DNA of 56,640 bases, filler included, from Catajapyx aquilonaris (Eukaryota), in NCBI GenBank assembly GCA_000934665.2. It is 2 parts of 2 records of this genome, joined end to end, with 100 filler letters (N's around TTAATTAATTAA, not from the genome) between each part and the next. Parts side by side here need not be neighbours in the genome. Positions count along the whole stretch, not along the records: positions 28,363 to 56,640 come from JYFJ02004940.1; 1 more part is not named here. One strand, 5' to 3'. Every line of letters starts with the position of its first letter. Position 1 is the first letter of the stretch. Below the pieces are notes generated by a model that searched no databases, was not told the DNA's origin, and saw nothing but the letters and a program-made list of their open reading frames with translations. The position numbers and the translations under genes are program-made. Positions 49,801 through 56,640 of this stretch are shown piece by piece.

Positions 49801-52800
49801 CTCGGGGCCAGGAGAAAAGGCCTGGTGTTAAAGAATGTCAGAAATGGCTATCGCACGTCGCCCTCCCTTGGGAACTTCCCCTTCCTCCCGAAGAGGGCCA
49901 CGAGCTCTATCACGGGGTAACAAAAAAAAAAGAAAAAATGAGGAAAAAAAAAATGCACGTGTTCTTGCCGTGAAGTGTCATGGCCCCCAAAACCATCCAA
50001 GATGGCAGACATTTACGCCATGCCTGTACCCTATTTATGCCTCGTTGGCGTGAACTCATTTTCAAAATGGCCACAAGCCTTAGTAACCCGTGGCAACGCC
50101 CCAAACAGAGAGGCACGGCATCAAAGGCTCTGACCGAAGTTTGCGCCTCTTATGTAGTATATGCTCCCTGGTGACACCATGTCATTAAGACAACAAATGC
50201 AATAAACAAGACCCAAAGTGATGACACGTTACCTGTTAAACTGGGAATCACTTTCACATACACTTTCCCAGATTCAATAGCCCTCCTCTGTTGGTGGGCA
50301 ACTCTTTGCTGCCTCAGTTGTTCTTCCAGCCGGTCTTTCAAGTCCTCCACTGAAATCTTGCTGTTAAGCTGTTCAGATTTAGGTGTGAGACTGCCTTCGA
50401 TTTTCTCAGTTTTAATCGCTAATGACCCTGTCTTACTCCTTGTTATCACTTGTGTCATTGGCTTATCCATCCTGTAAATGATTAATTTTGGCATATCCTC
50501 AAAATTCACAACTATGGTTCTCATCGACTTATAATCTATCATACTTTTCTCTGTACTGTTTCATCTCCCACAGGTCAAGCTTTTCCTCATCGATCCATTC
50601 TTCCGTCACTTGTGGCTCCATGTTTTGCGGTGACTCAGCTCGTTTTCGCTTGCGCAGACCACTTCTTTGCGGAGTAACCTCTGTGAAAAAATACTTGTCA
50701 TTTTTGTTGCTTAATTAGCTGACAGTACTAGTCAATCCACTGATAAACACTTAATGAAAGTGATGCTTGCTGATCACAGCTACTATCAATGCAGAAAATT
50801 AGTAACAAATGAAAATGTAAGTCAACATGCAGATTACATCACAATTAAATGTGCCTGAACACTGCAATGTCACAGTGAGAAAATTTACATGGAGCACTGG
50901 TTTTGCATGGCAAACAACACATTAATTTCTCATTTCATAATTTCCTTGTGTAGTGACCCTTGATTAAACGGTAAGGATGCACTTTAGCTCCCCCAAAATA
51001 TTGCAGGTTTCTATACATTTCCTGAAGCTCCTCCATGGGCTGAGTCGAATGACACTATTCATAGGGTGGAGAAACGTCATTAAAGAGTAATTGAATTATG
51101 AAATTGCAAGTAATTAACAATCAAGAAATGAAAATAAGCAAGTGCTCCATTGTTGCAACTGTTTATTCGTATTGTTTAAAAAAAGAGATGAATGCGTGGC
51201 ATTTCTCTTAGCCGGTCTCCCACCCCAAAGACCTGTCCGACTTGGGTGGCCCTACCAGTAGACAAAGCTACCGCCGGCATAGCTCTTTGGGGTCGGGTCA
51301 GTCGGGAGAAACGCAAGCCCCACCCCCCACCACCATGACAAGGTGGAAATACATCGGGGGGAAGGTGGCCGTTTATATGTGTCTGGATCACCTGGAGGTA
51401 AAGATGAACCTCGTAAAGATGAACCTCTCAAAGATGTCGCTGACGAAGGCTTCATGATGAACATGGCGTTAGACGAGAAGGCGCCTGTGTCCGGGTGGGA
51501 GTGACCACACCAGAACTGTACGTCTTGTTGCCCTGCAAGGGGGTCCCGGACTTTTCGCCCCCAGCATAATGTCCTCGTGACAATTTCGCCCCTGTGACAT
51601 ATTCGTCGTGGTGGGCAAAGCCACAATAACGTTCGTTGGCCTGCGGCGCCACAAGACGGACAGTAAATGTTGCGGATACAGAAACCCACAATAAGCGCCC
51701 AGCTCCGCTCTCGCTACGCAAAAACTCAAAATATCACGCACGGGCGACGTACCGTGCCTGGCAGGGCCACAGGAATGGACAGTACTGTTGCGGTAACAAA
51801 AAGCCATACAGCATCACCAACACAAAGCAAACCTCCATCCCTGTGACCCATTCCCTGTCTCAAATTAACCAGCAAGAACACAACTGTTTATTATTATCGT
51901 ATTTCAGGTGACCTCCCAACACGTTTCCGTGGCAACCCTCACGTTACCATGGGGAATACCCAAACCCTCCAAAAGGAGTACACAGTGTCAACAATGGAAC
52001 ACTTGCTTATTTTCATTTCTTGATTGTTAATTACTTGCAATTTCATAATTCGATTACTCTTTAACGAAACGTTTCTCCACCAAAGGAATAGTGTCATTCG
52101 ACTCAGCCCATGGAGGAGCTTCAGGAAATGTATAGAAACCTGCAATATTTTGGCGGGGCTAAAGTGCAGTCAAGCCTTCAACAGCACGTCCTTCTCAGAA
52201 GATGGCAGGAATAGAACTAACAACATTTGTCAACAACAACCTCAGCATCCTGGCAACCATGGTAACAGACAACAGGGTGGTTGCCAGGACACTACACTTG
52301 ATTAAAATTATTTACCAATTTATTATTATTATTTTTTTGCAGGGTATGGGGCCATCCATAAATTACGTAACGCTTTGGGGGGGGGGGGGGGGGNNNNNNG
52401 GGGGGGGGGGGGGGGTCGGCGCCAGCGTGACAGGCCGTTACAATGGGGAGGGAGGGGGTCAGGCCGACCGTTACATAATGCCCTAATTTAAATACAATAA
52501 AATAGAAAAATTCAATTTCATAACATTTTATAATGACGCCGCCAGTGCCTGGAGTAGCCTAATGACGTTATCGAAGCAGTAACTTTTAAATATTAGACGT
52601 TATCAGAAATATTAGGTTATCATAAATTAAGCAGCTCTGTTATTAGTGGTCTGGCCTATAGAAGAATGGTGTGCTATCTAATAACAATTTATATCCGATG
52701 ACAATTTAATAACCATAATAATTTAAGCTTAAACTTCCTAAAATATACCTTATGACCCCTACCTTTACCAGCACCCCAACATACCCGGGCAACGCCAGGT

Positions 52801-55800
52801 CACCTGCTAGTAATATTTATTATAATTCAGAGAATAAAAGTGAGTTTTTATATTACTTCTCAATTTCGCCTTTGTAATATTTTTAGCATACAAAAAAGAA
52901 TATTAAATTGGGTTTAAAGGTGGGTGGGTGGGAGAAGGGTAGTCGAAGTGTGTTAAATACGCCGTTAAATACATTGTTATACAGGGTGGACCAACTTCAA
53001 GTGTCGCTTTATAACGGCTATTAATAGAAGCGCTTTACGATTGACTTAGCAGTGACGTGTCAAATGTCCCACTTCGGCGCCATCGAAAATATTAGCTGCC
53101 AATATTAGCGTACATGTAATGAACCTGCTGCAACGAGTGCAACCACATGCGGCACCAATGCCAATCCAGCAGTCCGCAAAGAAGGCATTTCACCCAGGCG
53201 CATCTCAGGTCATGTGTGCACCTACTTTTTTCCAGGTCAACCCAGCAGCAGGGTTGATTACATGTGTGCTGCTATTGGCAGCTAATGGCGCCGAAGTGGG
53301 ACATTTGACGCGTTGCTGCTACGTCATCGCAAAATCACTGCTATTAATCGCCGTTATAAAACGACACTTGAAGTTGGTCCACCCTGTATATTCGATATTC
53401 CATAAAACCTGACGTACAAATAGGAATAAACAAATGAGGTCAGCATGGCGAGAAAAAAAAACAAGAAATCGAGGTTTGGGGGGGGGGGGGGGNGGGGCAG
53501 CGTGACTAGTAAGTTACGCGTTACTTGGGGGTAGGGGGGATCAAAAAAGCCAAAAATCAGTATTAAGTAATTTATGGATGGCCCCTATTCTGCATTTTTG
53601 CCCTAAAACTAAATACTTTCAAATGCTACAACATATACTACATAAGAGGCGCAAGCATTCAATTCGCGCGTCTCTGTTTGGGGCGTTTCACGGGATACTA
53701 AGGCTGGCGGCCATTTTGAAAATGAGTTCACGCCAACGAGGTATAAATAGGGTACAGGCAGGCCGTAAAGGTCCGCCATCTTTGATGGTTTTGGCGGCCA
53801 TGACACTGCACAGCAAGAACAAGCCGAATATGAATATTTTTTGCCGTACTTACGGAATTAATAAGGAGAAAAGTGCATTTATGGAGTTCACAGGGCAAAA
53901 ATATTCAAATTCGCGCGTGTTCTTGCTGTGAAGAGTCATGGCCGTAAAAACCATCAAAGATGGAGGACTTTTACCGCCTGCCTGTACCCTATTTATACCT
54001 CGTTGGCGGGAACTCCTTTTCAAAATGGCCGCCAGCCTTAGTAACCCGTGGCAAGGCCCCAAATAGAGAGACACGGACATCAAAGGCGCCGACCAAAGTT
54101 TGCGCCTCGTATGTAGTATATGCTCCCTGGCTACAGTGTGATACAAATCATACCATACACCCAGCTCTGCGATACACCAAAACACATTTAAAATAGGTCA
54201 ATTTAAAAATAACGTTTCATAAAGTTTCTTCAATGTTGAGATACAAATGAGCTCTTACCCCGTACTGTTTTAGGCAATTCCAGGGGAATCACAACTTTCC
54301 TTCTGAAATATTGGGTGATTTCCATATATTGCCCTCGGAAACGATGTCGCAGAATTTCTGTTGTTGTTATTTCAGTGTCAGTAGTGACTTGATTTTTCCC
54401 ATCAGAAGGAGGCTTCACCTACATACGAAAAGTCTCAGAACATTTTGCACTTACATATAAATCAAAAGTCATACCTGCATGTCGTCCCACCGCAAGCAAC
54501 TCCATAGTATCCTCAATTGTACCCCAAGGGCAGACAGGGAATTGACAGCCACTGTCCGGAACAACCAGCACGTTTTAAAAAGAGGTCGAGAGCATGGGTA
54601 TGGCCATGCCTCGCGATTTGTCTGGAAATGATTCCCCCACAATATTATTATTACCTCTGTCCACAGCATGTGCAAGAAATAAGTACATAATTGACATTAC
54701 CTTAGCTGTGTGGTGAAATCCATTCACTGGGATGCTCCCAGCCTTCCGACACAATTTCCTCAACTCATAATTGGCTAAAATCAGCACACTCTTCTTCTTG
54801 GTTTTGGTTCGAAATGATGACACTTGCGGATACTTGACTGCAATCCGCTTCTTCTTTTCACTCGCCATGTGCACTTTTTGGAGATAAAACTTGTCCCTCG
54901 TTGAAACAACAACAGATGGGACCTCTGATGTAACTACATCCTTCTTCGCGTCTGCTTCCATTTTAACGTCCAAGCCATTTTCTTCAAGTTTGCTTATGTG
55001 CATCAAATTATTACTCTTAGGAATGGGAGGTAATGGAGAACCACCTGCTTCCTTCTTCACTACTACTTGATTCCATTGCCCTGAGAGTAAGAGTCTGCCC
55101 TGACCAGAGTTTTCAGCAAGAGAGCTGAGCCGAATAAACGAGGAACCTGGTGTGGAAGCAAGGCTATTTGGTGTGCCAGGCTCTGTGTGTGGAACATGAT
55201 TTCGAGTGGCAGCCATTTGTTGCAGTAAGATTTGCTTGTTTGTTAAATAAGCAGCCCGCAGGTGGCAGAGAGGGGAGTAGCAAGTGGCTGAAGGTCCATT
55301 TTTGCAAGCAAATGAATAGCACTTATACAGCTTCTCCAAGTGCTCTAAATGATCATGCTGCTCATTTAAATTAACAATCCTTTTGTTCAGTTCCACAATA
55401 GCATGTCTATTAGCTATCACTCTTCCCACTCGCTCATGGAATGTTTCAACTTTGTCTTTTTCTGGAGCCTCAGAACATTTTTTGCTTGTATTTGTGTTGG
55501 GATCAGTATTGTTATCAAGGGCAACTTCTTCATCAGGTCCCTTCTCTTTCGATGTATCATTGGGTACACCCTGGAACATAATATATGCTCAATAATTTCT
55601 TTACAAAGACCTAACGTAATGGCAAAAGGAAATATAAGCAAATGAACACGTGGACTAAACCAAGTGCCATGGATACAGACTGCATATGACATGATGACAG
55701 GTACGTATCACTTATGTTGGTGCACAATGGCTACCAAATAACTATACAGGGTGTTTCTTACTAGTATGGCCAACGTCTGTCAGTGTATTCCTTGGGCCAA

Positions 55801-56256
55801 AACAAGTTGAAAATGTAAGGGTGAGAAAAGCCAAGGGACCAACTGTTGACGAGGCATTGGCTAGTGGTTGCCTACGGAGCAGGATATTAGAGGTGATAAT
55901 CACTTCTGTGAAAGGGGTGATCTCACAAATCCCAAGTCATGATTGTCCTTGACATTTCTCACCCCTACAATTTCAACTTATTTTGGCCCTAGGAATATGC
56001 TGACGGCAGTTGGCCATACTAGTAAGAAACACCATGTATAATGCACACCAAAGCAATACTTTATCATAAAGCCTTACTGCGAGTGATCTACGGGTATCTT
56101 CTAGCGTTTTCAGTTGTTCCCGTCTCTCCAATAAATCATCCAGCTTGCACCTGTGAGCAATCTTGGGATATAGTTTTCTGGATTGGGAAACGAGCCCTCT
56201 TGACACATCCACAGTCTCTATCTGTACGGACCCTGGCAAAATGCTGTTACGATCCA
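28529..56256 (-). CDS. BPTF: Nucleosome-remodeling factor subunit NURF301/BPTF (E(bx) ortholog), internal part, 15 exons
   Basis: Exons 56256-56078, 55570-54701, 54621-54475, 54418-54259, 50680-50545, 50471-50233, 44203-44051, 43985-43803, 43726-43646, 43578-43052, 38746-38378, 36198-36039, 35972-35566, 29460-29259, 28799-28529 with consistent phases. Recognisable motifs: LYPKIAHRCKLDDLLERR, CYSPLC, WPYPCSRPLFKTCW, QLRILWSCLRWDDM, RRKVVIPLELPKTVREV, RSGLRKRKRAESP, WIDEEKLDLWE, GPDGNLHVTGLMPGQQLV, FVLTPDYIQQTIKTALRQENLHPEIEEKLIQLQRYQEKQ. 5' end is outside the window; PHD/bromodomain exons not found. Confidence 0.93.
28923..29007. mobile_element. 85-bp perfect palindrome (mini-MITE)
   Basis: 42-nt arms AATTGGAGGCCTTTATGCACAAAGGAACCAGGTGTCATGTGA around a 1-nt loop. 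Confidence 0.75.
30490..30594. mobile_element. Small MITE with 9-bp TSD (Mutator-like)
   Basis: TIRs CACA.T.TGT..CATTGCCCAATGATTTT; flanks CCTGGCAGA and CCTGGCAGC. Confidence 0.65.
30633..30873 (+). mobile_element. tRNA-derived SINE (family A)
   Basis: A box GTGGCGCTGCGTT, B box GGTTCAATCCC; homologous to 18402-18621. Confidence 0.8.
31339..31520 (+). mobile_element. tRNA-derived SINE (family B)
   Basis: tRNA-like head with GGTTCGAGTCCC followed by a body GTTTTCTGTAGTTTTCC..CCAGGAAAATTCCGGGATCGTACC..GGCCTCAGCCGCTTCCTTCC. Confidence 0.75.
31776..31842. repeat. (TAAA)n microsatellite
   Basis: Seen directly. Confidence 0.95.
32440..33815 (+). mobile_element. RTE-clade LINE 3' fragment, split by a piggyBac-like insertion
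   Basis: FVYLGSV..MDGEIDR, EAWVW..ATEMR, KIRNEEI, then LRWFGHVERM..RGKGRPRKTW after the insertion. Confidence 0.85.
32793..33676. mobile_element. piggyBac-like non-autonomous element
   Basis: TTAA|CCCTGTAG..TGCA and TGCATTACAGGG|TTAA ends; internal inverted repeat at ~33210-33515. Confidence 0.85.
35690..35895 (-). repeat. Coding 24-bp tandem repeat (A-x-T-V-Q-x-x-R/Q x ~8) in a NURF301 exon
   Basis: ATTVQPQQ ATTVQPPR AATVQTLR AATVQPVR ATTVQPLQ ATTVQLQR APTAVQVQR AATVQQTR. Confidence 0.85.
39133..39714. mobile_element. MITE with ~255-bp TIRs and a central (GGAC)n
   Basis: CAAGGGAAGGTCA...AAAAGTCCTACA is mirrored by TGTAGGACTTTT...TGACCTTCCCTTG. Confidence 0.8.
39927..41132. mobile_element. 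piggyBac-like non-autonomous element
   Basis: TTAA|CCCT..GACGGTGACGT and ACGTCACCATCCGAGGG|TTAA ends. Confidence 0.8.
40504..41065. mobile_element. Tc1/mariner-type MITE nested in the piggyBac-like element
   Basis: TA|CAGGGTGTTAATGAATTCAACCGAC TIRs of about 190 bp, TA flanks. Confidence 0.88.
41155..41935. mobile_element. Foldback MITE inserted in a tRNA-SINE head
   Basis: TIR CTATCCATTTATTTAATATAGGCCCCTGTGTTTGATTC; the flanks rejoin into a SINE related to 49651-49950. Confidence 0.8.
44725..45466. mobile_element. hAT-type MITE
   Basis: TAGTGC..ACAT TIRs, TCCGG-rich subterminal repeats, 8-bp TSD GTATAAAT. Confidence 0.88.
46101..48540. mobile_element. Academ-like foldback element (near-complete palindrome)
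   Basis: TAGTCC...GGACTA ends, 3-bp TSD CTT, arms of about 900 bp or more; mirrored ORFs 46342-46644 and 48007-48309. Confidence 0.78.
47646..47872. mobile_element. hAT (Charlie-like) MITE in the right arm of the foldback element
   Basis: CAGTGGTTCCCAACC TIRs; absent from the left arm. Confidence 0.85.
48941..49022. repeat. 12-bp minisatellite GGAGCGGGGTTC x ~7, preceded by ~65-bp repeats from ~48660
   Basis: Seen directly. Confidence 0.9.
49651..49952 (+). mobile_element. tRNA-derived SINE (family C) with A-rich tail
   Basis: A box GGTGGTCTAGCGG, B box GGTTCGAATCCC, A-rich tail; interrupts the host MITE. Confidence 0.82.
50978..52168. mobile_element. TIR element (~185-bp arms) carrying an RTE 5'-UTR-like repeat
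   Basis: 50978-51162 is the inverted copy of 51982-52168; internal 51200-51370 matches 105-260. Confidence 0.75.
52348..53585. mobile_element. PIF/Harbinger-type MITE with a nested Helitron end and Tc1 MITE
   Basis: TIR GGGGCCATCCATAAATTAC; internal Helitron 3' end (CCCGGGCAACGCCAGG..CTAG|T at ~52810). Confidence 0.8.
52982..53386. mobile_element. Tc1/mariner-type MITE
   Basis: TA|CAGGGTGGACCAACTTCAAGTGTCG TIRs, TA flanks. Confidence 0.85.
53630..54129. mobile_element. CAGGGAGC-TIR MITE family copy
   Basis: Palindromic ~500-bp element homologous to the ends of 44598-50170; another partial copy at ~56505-56640. Confidence 0.82.
55747..56036. mobile_element. Tc1/mariner-type MITE
   Basis: TA|CAGGGTGTTTCTTACTAGTATGGCCAAC TIRs. 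Confidence 0.82.
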
Positions 56257-56640
56257 CTGCAACAGACGCGTATTATAGTGGTTTGTTATTATTGTTATTA
56301 TTATTATTATCATCTCAACTGACAACCAAAGTGACTTTTATTACCCTCCTGAATTTTGAATTTTTTTTGGATTTTATAATTCTGCTTGGCCTATAGTGTT
56401 GAGAAAACATCACCTCCTCTGCTAATTTCCACGTTAGCAGGGTGAAAATACAGCCAAAAGGCGATGTTCGGAAGCCACAACACTTGCACCTGGTCGCGAA
56501 TCGCCGGCCATCGCCAACTAGGGATAAATAGGGTACAGGCAGGCGGTAAAGGTCCGCCATCTTGATGGTTTTGCCATGGCACTTCACGGCAAGAACACGC
56601 GCGAATTAGAATATTTTTGCCGTACTTACGGAATTAATGC

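Larger units (their letters stand above)
44598..50170. mobile_element. CAGGGAGC-TIR MITE expanded to 5.6 kb by nested insertions
   Basis: TIRs CAGGGAGCATATACTA with 7-bp TSD GTGACAC on both sides; a nearly uninterrupted family member lies at ~53630-54129. Confidence 0.8.

Overview
Eukaryotic (hexapod-like) genomic DNA with short GT-AG introns and many transposons, in two blocks joined by an artificial 100-nt scaffold spacer (28263-28362). The left block holds a six-exon odorant-binding-protein-like gene (706-1559, minus), a tRNA-Gly(CCC), and a head-to-tail minus-strand array of 11 apparently intact divergent class A (Tre1/Moody-like) GPCR genes plus one internally deleted relic. The receptors share an invariant N-terminal C-x10-C-x8-CC module, have altered DRY/CWxP/NPxxY motifs, carry a conserved upstream Sox-like/TALE-like motif and look like mosaics of each other. 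The right block holds 15 internal minus-strand exons of NURF301/BPTF. Its 5' part lies beyond the window and its PHD-bromodomain 3' exons are not found. Its introns are filled with nested MITEs, SINEs, Helitron pieces, piggyBac-like, hAT-like and Academ-like elements and RTE fragments. Exon boundaries were read by eye from splice signals and frame continuity. No database searches were run.
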